From Lama guanicoe (lineage: Eukaryota), in the NCBI GenBank assembly GCA_013239625.1, contig MU054391.1:7223095-7287094 (forward strand): DNA of 64,000 nucleotides, read 5' to 3'. Shown one piece after another: positions 27,160 to 38,380 of this stretch (position 1 is the stretch's first letter; the number at the start of each line of letters is the position of its first letter). A program made the translations under genes and the position numbers. Below the pieces are notes generated by a model. The model searched no databases. It saw only the letters and a list, made by a program, of their open reading frames with translations, and was not told the origin of the DNA.

Positions 27160-27891
27160 TTCAGTGAGATATTGGGATGAGCAAATGCATAGGAAGCACC
27201 TAGTCACTCAGTACATTTTGGTGAGAAGCCCAAATATTAGGACATTGAACTACTGATCTTGCTCTGGGAAATTTGGGAGGGGTGGGATCAGAGCTAGCAA
27301 CCTGCCATGTTTCTTCACACCCCTTCCACACCCTAACACCAAGATGTAACTCAAAAGGAATGGGTCTGAATTTCTCCAAAAGGACAGTGGGCAGCATCAG
27401 CTCTGTGGACTTGGTTCCAGCACTGAGCAGGGAATTCAGAAGGAAGGCAACCCCTTTGCTAGCCGTGGAGAGCTGAGATGCCCCAGCCACAGGGACTGTG
27501 GAGAAGACACTTAGTTGAGGTTTCAGGGCTGGCTCTCTGGATGTGGAGGGGGAGCTGGGTCTTCTCTCTGGGTTCTTTCTTGGCCCCAGTGGACCAGATA
27601 GAGTGAAGATAGTGAAGAGGTCATGTCAGGAAGTGCCAGGTAGGTCCCAGTGTGTGTCCATCCATCCATCCACCTGTCTGTCCATCTGTCCACCTGTCCA
27701 TACATCCATTCATCCTCCTTTCAATGTATATTGAAGCCTATTTCAAGTTAGCCATTGGGCTTTGGGCTGAGGATATAGACAAAAATCTCAAAGGTCACTG
27801 ACCTCTAAACCAGTCTCAGCCTCTCTCTACTAAGTAATCCAGGTTAATTTTTTTCCATAGAATTTTTCATTATCTGAAATTATATCATGTA

Positions 27892-27893
<2 letters not shown>

Positions 27894-27923
<30 letters not shown>
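27894..27923. repeat. (TG)n microsatellite, about 15 units
   Basis: Direct reading. Confidence 0.95.
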
Positions 27924-27927
<4 letters not shown>

Positions 27928-28002
27928 TCCTCCACTGGAACATTAGCTCCATTAGAGCAGAGACCTTGTTTGTCCTGTTCACAGGTATGTTCTCAGTACC
28001 TC

Positions 28003-28135
28003 TTACTGTCTTGGTTGGATTTATTCCTAGGTATTGTATTCTTTTCAATGCACTCGTAAAGGGTATTGTTTTCTAAGTTTCTCTTTCTGAGAAATTGTTA
28101 GGGTATAAAAATGCAACAGATTTCTGTATGTTGAT
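28003..28135 (-). mobile_element. L1 ORF2 (RT-region) fragment fused to the U6 copy
   Basis: Minus-strand translation gives INIQKSVAFLY and KRIQYLGINPTK, matching L1 ORF2p. Confidence 0.85.
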
Positions 28136-28242
28136 AAAAACATGGAATGCTTCACAGATTTGCATGTCATCCCCGCCCAGGGGTCATACTAATTTTCTCT
28201 TTATTGTTCCAGTTGTAGTATATGTGCTGCCGAAGTAAGGCC
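28136..28242 (-). pseudogene. RNU6: U6 snRNA retropseudogene (full length, diverged)
   Basis: Reverse complement colinear with U6 over 107 nt (..cttcggcagcacatatacta...ggatgacatgcaaatctgtgaagcattccatgttttt); the ACAGAGA box is mutated and no upstream promoter is apparent. Confidence 0.93.
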
Positions 28243-28289
28243 TGTGATAGATTTTTTTTTTTTACCTGTTCTCACCAACTTTTCTCTGT

Positions 28290-28688
28290 AGCTGTAGAGG
28301 GCCCTCCCACTTGGCTTTTGGCTTGGCCGTGTGACGTGCTTTGGCCCCTAGGTATTTAGCAAATGGGATGCACACTGAGGCTTCAAAAGCCCTTATTCAG
28401 AGGAGCTTACTGTGCCTTCCTGTCATCACCATGAGAACATGCTTGGGCTAGTCTGCTTAGGGCTGAGAGACAAGCCAAACAGAGCAGAGTTTCCTGGAGC
28501 TTCTGAGGCCACCCAGGATCAGCTGACAGCTGGCCAATCTGGGATGTGTGCGTGAGACCACATAGCTGAGCATAGGCCACATCCCCAAACCCCACAGACC
28601 ATGCACAAATTTGTTGCTGTGTGCCACTGAGGTTTTGTGGGTATTTGTTATACAGCATTATTGTGGCAATGGATAACTGACTGATACA
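28290..28688 (+). mobile_element. MLT1 (G/H-like) LTR
   Basis: cttggccgtgtgacgtgctttggcc...ttgttgctgtgtgccactgaggtttt...tgtggcaatggataactga. Confidence 0.75.
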
Positions 28689-28914
28689 GGAACTTTATAA
28701 GGGGGTCATATAAGTACCTTCCACTGGCCTTAGAATAGTAATGCTAAATATTTGTGATAGTTATACTAATTAATTGCTGGTTTTTTAATACCCATAAACT
28801 TTTCTAGGAACTTTCTGTTTTATTTCTAATCCTCACAGTGAACTTAGAAGGTTGGCACAATGGCAGGACCACCACCATTTCTGCTACATAATGAGCTGTG
28901 TGCACCAGTGATTG

Positions 28915-29340
28915 AGACCAAAGGTACTGGACTCAGATGGCTTGGGTTCAAATTCCAGCTTCACCTCCTTTCTAGTTTTGTGATCTTGGGCGACAAAGAG
29001 GACATACTTATCCTCTCTGTGCTTTATTCCAAATATATAACATGGAGATGATAATCTCCACCTCATAGAGCTGTTAGGAAGATTAAATAAGGTGACAACC
29101 AAGATGCTTAAAGCAATGCCCAGTGCACAGTGCTCTTAAATAATACCCTTACTGTTAGGATTAGGTGGCAGCCCTGTGCTATGCGTTTTATATACAAGCC
29201 TTCACTTCATTCTTACAGAATCCCAGGAGAAGGGTCTTATTATCTCCATTTTATTGAAGAGGGAACTGCGGTAGAGGGGTCAGGACTCAGGACCACCCAG
29301 CTCAGAGTGCTGAGTAAACCAGGATGGAATCCGGAGGCGG
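28915..29340. mobile_element. Two adjacent MIR copies in opposite orientation
   Basis: Plus copy cttgggttcaaattccagct...gtgatcttgggc at ~28915-29140; minus copy tattatctccattttattgaagagggaactg at ~29160-29340. Confidence 0.65.
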
Positions 29341-32147
29341 AGCTGGTTCCCCAGGCTGCTGCTCCTCATTGGTCCCAGCTGGTTTCCATCTCCTTTGCCT
29401 GGGAAGGATGTCCGAGCCATCCCCAGGAGCCATCCCACGCCTACGTGGGCTCAGTCAGGCTCTGCGGGGCTGCCTTCTCTGAGGCAGTCCTCCAGTCTCC
29501 CTCTGCAGCAGGCCCCCATCAAGTCGGTGGGAGACACATGTGGGATGCAGTGTGAAATCTTGTCGGTCCCTGGAGGAAAGAGCCTTGCGCAGTACTCCTG
29601 TCCATCTCTGCCCAACTCATCATGAGACCTGGGTCCCTCTGCTTCTGCTCTATGTCTTTCCCACTGCTCTGTAGTGAGGACTGCCTTCCTCCCAGGGCAG
29701 CCCCGGGATTCGAAACACAGTATGGGAATGATGTTTTGCGGGGCTCCCATACCCTGTCCTGTCCTATGGCACCTAGGGCCCTTGGCTCACCTGCAGACCG
29801 AGTCCCATTGGTGTAGGGCACTTTCCAGGCCTGTGGGGTGGGCACAGAGGAAACTCCATGGGTTGGCTCGGTGACCCAGCCCTGCAGCAGCCTTCCCGCC
29901 CACCTGCTTGGAGCACATGTCACTGCAGCACGGAGCCTGCCTCTGCTGCATCCTCAAGGCTCACAAGCTCTCGCCAGCCCCTCACTGCTCACCTGGAAGT
30001 GCTGTCTGTACGTTATTCCAGACATGCGGCTGCCTGGCCTGCCAAGTGTGCTTCTACAGTTTTCTGTCCCGGTTTTTGGTATAATCACAGAAAAAATTCA
30101 GAATAAATGTACATCTGTGCATTTTTCACAGTGAGGGATGGCATAAGTAAGGGGGGGACCTTTTGAGTTTTTACTTTACACTTTTGTTTTCTAGTAAGTT
30201 GTCTCCCTTTGGGAATGAGACCCCTGGAAGACGAGGACTGAATCCAAACGCTCCCTGGGTCCTCAGACCCACCCTGGCCTGGAGGAGCACTCGGAAATGT
30301 TGGCTGCAAGAATGCATGAATGAAAGATGGCTGCAAACAGAGCCTTGCCTTTCCCTGCAACTACTTACTATTTGATGAATGAGTCTCTGAATTTTCCCCA
30401 TGAGCTTGAGGCTCTGCTGAGGTCAGTTGTCTGGCACGTCAGTATCTCGTCCTGGACCCGACCTTCTGCCACCAGAACTCCCAGTCCTGCCTGCCTGTCC
30501 TGCTCTCTGCGCTCCCGGGCCCCCATCACTTGGCCTTGCCGTGTGGTGTGTGTTCAGTCCTCCCTGGGAGGGCGCAGGGAGGGCTGATGCACCCGTGCTA
30601 GGAGCAAGAGCAAAGCGGCAGAGTTGTAGGGTAGGCCCCACGGCCTTCCATATCGGAAGGGAGTCTGGGCCTTGACACCTGGCCTCCAGCTATGGAAACC
30701 ACAGGTTGCCAGAGTCCTGTGTCTGTGAATCTTATCCCGTCCCCTTGTTGGCTGCAGCTCTGTGGCACTTCCAGTGCAAAAGCCTGTAGGCTGATCTTCA
30801 GAGGCAGCAGAAAGCAGAGTAACTGGGAAGACTGCCTCCAGCAGGGCTGGGTGTGGCACCAGGGCTGGCCTGGGGAGGAGACATCGCTCCGGGAACACTG
30901 TGGGTGGTGCCAGTTTCAGAGAGTGAAGAGAAGCAGGTTGAGGCCTCCTGAGGCCTGAGGCTGAGAAGAAACTGAGGGCATGAGAACCAGCCCAGGCTCA
31001 AGAGAGGACCCTAGGGCTGGGCAGGGAGGAAGGGGTCTCAAACACATTTTCTAGAATTAGAACGTCCTCTCCCCACCCTCCCGTCCTTACCCTTGTCCTG
31101 AGAATGAGGTCCAGAGGCCAGCGCGGATTCCATCCTCCCCTCCCTTTCTCCAAGGCTTTCCTTCAGAAGACGAATGTTGTGGTGCTGTGGGTGTATTTCG
31201 CTAGAGATGGAGTGGCCCCTGGCAGCTCTCCAGCCTCTAGGAACGTTTGCTCCCTCACCATCCATATAAGGGCTTGGTCTGGGTTGTGAGGAATGGTATG
31301 TGTGGGGCCCCAACAGTGGGGTTTAGGTCTTTGCTTCCAAGTAGACCATAATCACTGCAGAGCAATAGGCCATGAAGGCGTGAGGAGAGAGACAATGTAC
31401 TGAACTAGCATGTTGTCAGGGGAGACTACATTCCTGGCCTCAAACTCCCAGAAGATGTTGGAGTCAGGCCTTGATCCAAGGCAGCCACACTGCCTCTCTC
31501 ATGTGTGGATGACCCTGGGTGGCGATGGGCCCGGGGGCAGCCCAGATGGACTGCGGCTCAAAAGGTAGAGACACAGGTGGAGCTCAGAGAAGAGGAGGGA
31601 CCTGGCAGCACTCGGCAGTGGAAGGAAGTGGAAGATGGTTTCTGTCTGATACTTAGCTGACTCCGAATGCCCCTGGGAGTGCCGGGAAGGGCTGTAAATG
31701 CCTGATGAATTCATGCAGCTCTTGGATCTCTAGTCCTGCTCTGCTGTTTTTTTTTTTTAAATTCCTCATAGCACTTGATAACCTTTAAAGTACTAAACAT
31801 TTACTTACCATGTTCATTGTTTATCATCTTCCTCACCCCATTTAGAATGTAGTCTCCATATTTTTCAAATATGGTGTGAGCCAGGGGCCTCCTTTTTAAA
31901 ATGACCATTTATTGAGTAGTTACCTGCACTCCCCACTCGCCATTTGCATTCATCTTTTGGTCTTCTAGATAACAGGCCTGTGTCTGTGATTTCTGTTCTA
32001 TTCCGTTTGTCCATCTGTTCCAGGATCTCCTAACTTAATTGTTACAGTTTTATTACCAGCCTTAATCTGGTAAGGGTAGCAACTCACTACTCCCAGCTTA
32101 CTGATTTTCTTCACAATGGAATCGGCTATCCCTAGTGCTTTGCTCTT

Positions 32148-32734
32148 TGTGTCTGGAGTTTCCAAGACCACCCCTAGGCTTGATGATTTGCTAGGAGGGC
32201 TTGCAGGACTCAGTTACAGTTCATTGCAGCAAAAGGCTACAGATGAAAATCAGCAGAGGGAAAAGGGGCAAAGTCTGGGAGAAACAAGGTGCGAGCTCCC
32301 GGGTGTGCCTCCCAGCAGAGTTGCATGGGGACACACAGTTCTCCCAGCAACAATGTGGGGCAGTGTGTGTGATGTGTTGCAGCCAGGGAAATGCCCCTGA
32401 ATCTAGTGCAGGGCTTTTATTGGGCATTGGTTATGAAGACGGGCAGCAACCTGCATAATTGACCTCAGCTCCTGTGATTTCAGACCCTTCTGTGACCACC
32501 CTCCTCTCACTATGAGCAAACACAGGCATGCACCATAAATCACATGTCAGGATAATGTTTTCAAGCCACAGTAGTACAGCATGGCGCATGGCCTCAAGCA
32601 TACAAAAGCCCTCTTATCAGGCAGACTATTCCAAGGACACAGAGGGTATTTCCCAGAAGCTGAAGATATGCTATTGTTTGGAATGTGCAGGATTTGAGCA
32701 ACCTAGGTCTGCTGTGTTAACCCTTTCCTGCCCA
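32148..32734 (-). mobile_element. MER21-like ERV-L solo LTR inserted in an old antisense L1
   Basis: ccaagaccacccctaggcttgatgatttgctag...gaatgtgcaggatttgagcaacc; TG...CA ends; perfect 5-bp TSD ctctt at 32143-32147 and 32735-32739. Confidence 0.82.
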
Positions 32735-33559
32735 CTCTTCCTTTCTGATTTCAGGATCTGCCTGTCGAGTTCCACACGCAAAAATCCTTGTTGGAATTCA
32801 TACATCAGAAGTACGGATTAATTTGGGGCAGATGCTTTCTTTATGATGATGATCTTCATAAGAAGCGTGGTAGATAGATCCTTTATAAAGATCTTCTTTT
32901 ACATTTTTAAAAATATTTTATACTTAGTAAAAATCTTGTTTATCCTTTGCTAGATTTTTCTGACCTCTTTTGTGGATTTGTTACTTCCATATGTGCCTCC
33001 CTCCCATAAGGAGCCCTGTGAATATGTTGGGTCCACCTAGATAATTCAGGAGAATGTCCTCATCTCAGATTTTTGAAATTAATCATATTGGCAAAGTCCC
33101 TTTTGTCATAAAAGGCAACATTCACAGGTTCTGGGGATTAGCATCATGAGCATCTTGGCGAGGGGTGGGGAGAGGAGGCATTTTTCACCCTGCCCCAGAC
33201 AATCACATGGCCTATAAATAGATACAGTTTTTTTGTTCTCTCTTCATTTCCAGTTCTTATATTTTTGGTTTCTTTTTCTCTTCTGTTTTTCCTGTTAGAT
33301 TATCTAGGACTTCTGATAGAGTGTTGAGTGGAAGGAATGATGGCTGACAGTGCTTCTGTTTTGGTAGTAAAGCCTTGAGTATTTCACCATTACATTTATG
33401 CTCGCTCTGAGGGTTTGCCAGATACCCTACCAGGTTATGAAGATTCTTTATTACTGGTTCATGATAAGTTTTCAATCATGCATAACTGCTGGATTTTACA
33501 AAGTGCTTTATTTTCTCCAAATTGTTGGAGGCTCTTTCAATTAGATGGATAATGTAACA

Positions 33560-33990
33560 GCTATCTATGGCTGCATAACAAATCCTTTCAAACTCAGTAG
33601 CTCTGAGTAACAGTAATTTCTTTGCTCATATGCTGCTGTTTGGTCTGGGGCCACTCATCACTTGGCCACTCTACTGGCATGAGATGGCTCAAGTTGACCT
33701 CACCCTCATTTCTGGCCATTAGCGAGGGCTGTCAGCCAAGGTGTCTCAGTTGTTCTCCATGTGGCCTTGCTGGGAGGACCATCCAGCTCTTTTGTATTAG
33801 GGCAGCAGTGTTCAAGACAGTGAGCCCTAACGAGCGTGTCAAGTCTCTGCTTGTGTCACATTTGCTGATATCCTATTGGCCAAAACAAGTCACATGACCA
33901 ACTCTGCAGCCATTGTGGGAGGGGAACCACACCAGAATCTGCATAACTGGTGGTGGGATTCCTTGTGGGTGTTAAGACAACAACCCACCA
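33560..33990 (-). mobile_element. MLT1-type LTR (old)
   Basis: cagctatctatggctgcataacaaa...tgctgatatcctattggccaaaacaagtcacatgacc. Confidence 0.7.
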
Positions 33991-35369
33991 CATGCAGTAT
34001 TTAGTTTTGGACTGTAACAAAGACGAACGTGTCTCTGCATATTTGGGTCCAATATCTGCTTCATTGCACACATTTCCCCATAAGCTCTGTAATGACTGCC
34101 TCTCAGATGCCTCATGACTATGGAGACACAGAGTAACGGCTTCTGAGGAGAGGAAAGTTGTATAACTAATATTATTAACTCACTGAGTTTGGCTCCAACC
34201 CCAAACCCCTCTTCCAAACACAGTGCTGCTGGGTTTTAGTGATGCCTGTGGTGACTCCCTGCTTCCAAGGGCCGCGCTTGGCCGGACCCTTGGACCTGGT
34301 TTCCTATTCCCTCATGGCCCCTCTCATCTCCACTGCTTCAGACAGACAGACATGCACCCTCAGTATCATTCCCAGAGCTACACTGCATAAAACCATCCCG
34401 TAATCAAGCAGTTCCCTCCCTCTTTTTTTTCTGACCTCCAGCTGTGCCCTTTGTAATTTCGAGCTTTCTTATTTTAGATAAAGGTCATAAAATGGGATGC
34501 TGAAACATTCTTCATTCCCAAGCGTGGTTGGGTTTATGTGCTCTTCAGGAAGCCCTGGGTACTTCCATGATGAACAGAGCAGAGGACACTTAGAGCAACT
34601 GCAGAGTAGTTAAAATGACTGATGGAGAAATATGGGGTGGTGTTTCAGCCTCCGGTCAGGTCACCAAAGAGAAAAGAGGGAGTAATTAAGTTGCTTGGGA
34701 AATGCTTCTTGCAGAGAAGAAGCCTCTGTAGGCTGTCAGCGAGTCAGCAGGGATGGGGGTCAGGGAAGGGAATGAAGCAATTTGGAGATGGCCCATTAAC
34801 ATGGAAATGAAGGAAGGGGCGAGACACTGATCGGTGAACTGGAGGAGGAACCGGTGGAGTGTCGCGCTGAGAAGGTTACAGCACTGAGGGTGTAATTTGC
34901 GATCCCTGTGCTCAAACACCGAGGGGGAAGGAGGAGGTGAGTTCCTCTTCTCCAGCTCCTCCTGGTGACTAATGACATTTTCTTTACCCCAATTCTGCTA
35001 ATTGAGAGGGGAAAATGAATGTCAGTTCAATGCTGATTCCATCTCAAATTAACCTTTGACTAATGGCACCAGTGAGAATTAGTTTTTCTTCCCCCAAATT
35101 TCAAGCAAAACCAACAACCCCTAGAAGAGCAACAGGGAGAACTGTTGTCTGTCCCTGTCCCAGCCGACTTCTCCTTCTGCCCAGCTGAGTCAGAAAGAGA
35201 TGGGAGGCTGGGGTAACCTTGTCCCCGTCTGCCCAGGACGATTCTCAGCCCCCAGCTTCTCCGGAGCTGACTGCACTGGAGTGGGGCGAAGGGGGAGCAG
35301 CTCTCCTCTCACTAGTGTGTTAACTGGCTCTCAGCCTTGCCAAGAAGGTAGCCTCCGATTGTGGGCCAC

Positions 35370-35540
35370 GTGGCAGCTGTATTAGAATCTCCTGGGGTGT
35401 GTTGTTGAACGTCCTTTTCTGAGCCCCATCCTGCACTTTCTGAACCAACTTCCCATTGGAGCTTGGGAATCTCCATTTTTTTTTTTACCAAGCCCCAGAA
35501 GCGATGCTTTTGAGAAAGTCAAGTTTGACAACCACTGCTC
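35370..35540. mobile_element. MER5-like hAT-Charlie MITE
   Basis: attagaatctcctgggg...gggaatctccatttt...aagtttgacaaccactg. Confidence 0.65.
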
Positions 35541-36032
35541 CGGGGCATAGCCTATCACTGAATTTACTCTCATTTATTTCCTTCTCCTCACTCAGATGGG
35601 CCCAGATTCCCAGAGCAGCTCTGCAGCACCACAGGGCAGGGCACACGGGGTCAGATCTTCTCCCCGAGCAGTCCGGCGTTCCCACTCTCTCTTCCGCCAG
35701 CTAGGTTCTCTGCCTCTCCTTCCCATCCTTGCTTGAAGCAGCAAGTGACCAGCACTTCCTGGCTGCTTGGGGAGATGGACTGAGGCGTCAGGGGACCTGG
35801 TAGCCCCATGAGCCAGACCTCAGACCTAGCTGGGGCCTTTACGTGAGGTAATGACATGAGGTAATCATGGAAATGGAGCTCCTGGAGGAAATATGAGCTG
35901 GCCACCTTGCACAGGTGTGTCTGTGCTCCCCTGCAGCTCAGACCTGCACCTGCGGACCGCTCCGTGTCTGCTGGCCAGTCCTTTGCCCGCATTGGACTGG
36001 TTGCTCTTTGAGGACAGAGGGGTGTTTGCTGG

Positions 36033-36585
36033 TGTGTTAGTCAGGCTTCTCCAGAGAAACAGAACCAATAGGATTTATTATCTACAGATACAAATTTAGG
36101 TGCATAGCTACATGTATGGATGTGTATTCTGTGTATCTATCTACCATCTCTCTGTATCTGTCTGTATGCACATATATGTCGTGTGTGTGTGTATGTATGT
36201 GTCTGTCTGTGGATCTTTTAAGGAGTTGGTTCATGTGATTGTGAGGGCTCTCAAGTCCCAAATCTGTATGGCACACAGCAGGCTGGAGATTCAGGTAAAA
36301 GTTGATGTCTTGAGTTTGAAGGCTGGAAACGGGGACAAATCCCATGTGGCAGTCTGGAGGCAGAATTCCTTCTTTGAGAAACCTCAATCTTTGTGCCTGA
36401 AGCCATCAAATGATTGCGTGAGGCCCACCTACATGAAGAACAGTGATCGGCTTTACTCAAAGTTTACTGATTTAAATGTTAATCACATTTAAAATATACT
36501 TCCACTGTGACATCTAGACTAGTGTTTGACCAAACAACCAGGCACCCTCATCTAGCCAGGTTGCCAACAAAAATGGACCATCAAA
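36033..36585 (-). mobile_element. MLT2C/D-like solo LTR
   Basis: tgtgttagtcaggcttctccagagaaacagaaccaatagg...actgatttaaatgttaatcacat...; near-TSD gctgg/gctag. Confidence 0.85.
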
Positions 36586-38189
36586 GCTAGTTTGTTTTTA
36601 ATCTTTTTTTTTTTAATCCCCAGAGACGTCCAACTTCAGGATAGAACAAAAATGAAATGGCTAAATATACAGAAAAGGATTTAAAATGAAATCCCAGCAG
36701 GAAGTCAGTCTGCTGCTCAAACTCTGGTCAGAGTCGGAGGAAAGAACCACTGAAGGCTGGTTGTCGTGTCTCCAGAGGAGCGTGTCGTTGTTGGAACCTG
36801 GTGTCTGGAGGGCCAGACAGCACCGTGCCACACTCAGCTTCAAAGCGAGCCGGGTCTCCTCTCCTTTGGTGCCAGAAGTGTTGATGCATACAGCCCTCCC
36901 AGGTGAGAGAGTGAAAGCCAGATCACCTGGCCATTTCAAGGATCTGAAGCTCTTGGCCCTGGTATCTGTTTGCATTTAGTGCTGTGAGAGGTTAGCACTT
37001 AGATTTTCTGAATGTAGAGTGTAGTTTCTGTGCATTCAATCAAGGTATATATTTCTGTGTGTATGCTGCACAGAATTGGGTTGAGCAATTTGCTGCCTCT
37101 TCTGATTAAACTCTTTTATCCCTTGGCTGGGAAGGTGATAGCTGGAAGCAGCAGATTGAAGCAGAAATCTGGTGTTTTTTTCTTTTCTGAAATCATGTCC
37201 TGTTGTCTGGGCTGCAGGTTTAGATGACAGATAAATCTGACTTTCTAAAAAGCCTTATTTTTTTCCCCTTGCTGTATGAGAGCTGTATATTGGGGGTAAA
37301 GCTGTTTGAGGCTTTTACAAAAGCCCAACCGTGTGGTTTCATGCCATGGCAGATAGGAAACATGTGTGCTACTGCTGTTCCGAAAACTCCGGAGCTATTT
37401 TCAAGACCATGGGCTTCTCATTTGTCATTAATCCCTTTTCTATTGGTTGACATTTCTTTGGACCTTTTCTTTTCTTCCAAAGGCAGCAGAGGAAGCTAAA
37501 GGAAGCAAATAAGAACTCATCTCTCTCATGAAGTGCTATCACACATTTCACATGTACTCTCTCCTTCAACCCTCGCGATTGTGATGTGGTTACTGGTGTG
37601 CACTAATGTCCCTGTTTTATAGATGAGAAAACTGAGGACTGGAGAAAATATATAACTTCCTTAAAGACTCACCTATATAATCTTATCCTTCTTCAGAGCT
37701 AATGCTACATTCTTGTTTCATTAAGAAAAAAATTGCACAACCCAAGAAAAAGATTTTGTCTTGGTTGATCTCACTGGACCATCAGTCAGGGTCTCATTTG
37801 GCTGTAGCCCTTTCTTTCGGCTCAGGTTATCAGGGTCCTCCTTAGCTGCAATATTCTCAGGTTGCTGGGTGGGTTGTATCAGGACAAAGAATGATCTGTG
37901 TTCTCTGGCTCATTCCAGCTCCTGACATTGTTCACTGAATGAAATGTGAAACCAAATAACAAGAATGTATTTAGTTTGGTGTGCAAAGAAAAAGCCTAAT
38001 AGTATTGCTCAAATCACATCCTCACTAATGGCCACACTTGCTAAGAGGCCATTCCTCTGGGGAAAAGAGCTTTACAAACATGATGAGCTTTCCCCTCACT
38101 GCATTACAGAAAATTTGGAAAGTATAAATAAAAAATAACATTCCCATCATTGTGTCATTCAAACTACTGTCGACATCTTGAGGTTATTG

Positions 38190-38380
38190 CCAGTAGTTCT
38201 GAAGCTGGCTGATTCAACCTTGGGAAAGCCGACCGGGTGCATTTATTCCTCATTTCGTGTTCAAAGACGTAGTGATATCATATTGGCAGCTTGAAAGAGG
38301 TCACGGTGGGAATATTTACATCGGCACACACTACAAACCAAAGGCTTATTTTACTTGCCATTTGTCAGTACTCACCTGGT
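38190..38380. mobile_element. MER63-like hAT-Blackjack element
   Basis: ttggcagcttgaaagaggtcacggtgggaatatttaca...ctacaaacca motif. Confidence 0.6.

Noticed and set aside
28136-28242. Functional U6 snRNA gene
   Set aside because: Many substitutions including the ACAGAGA box, no PSE/TATA apparent upstream, and fused to L1
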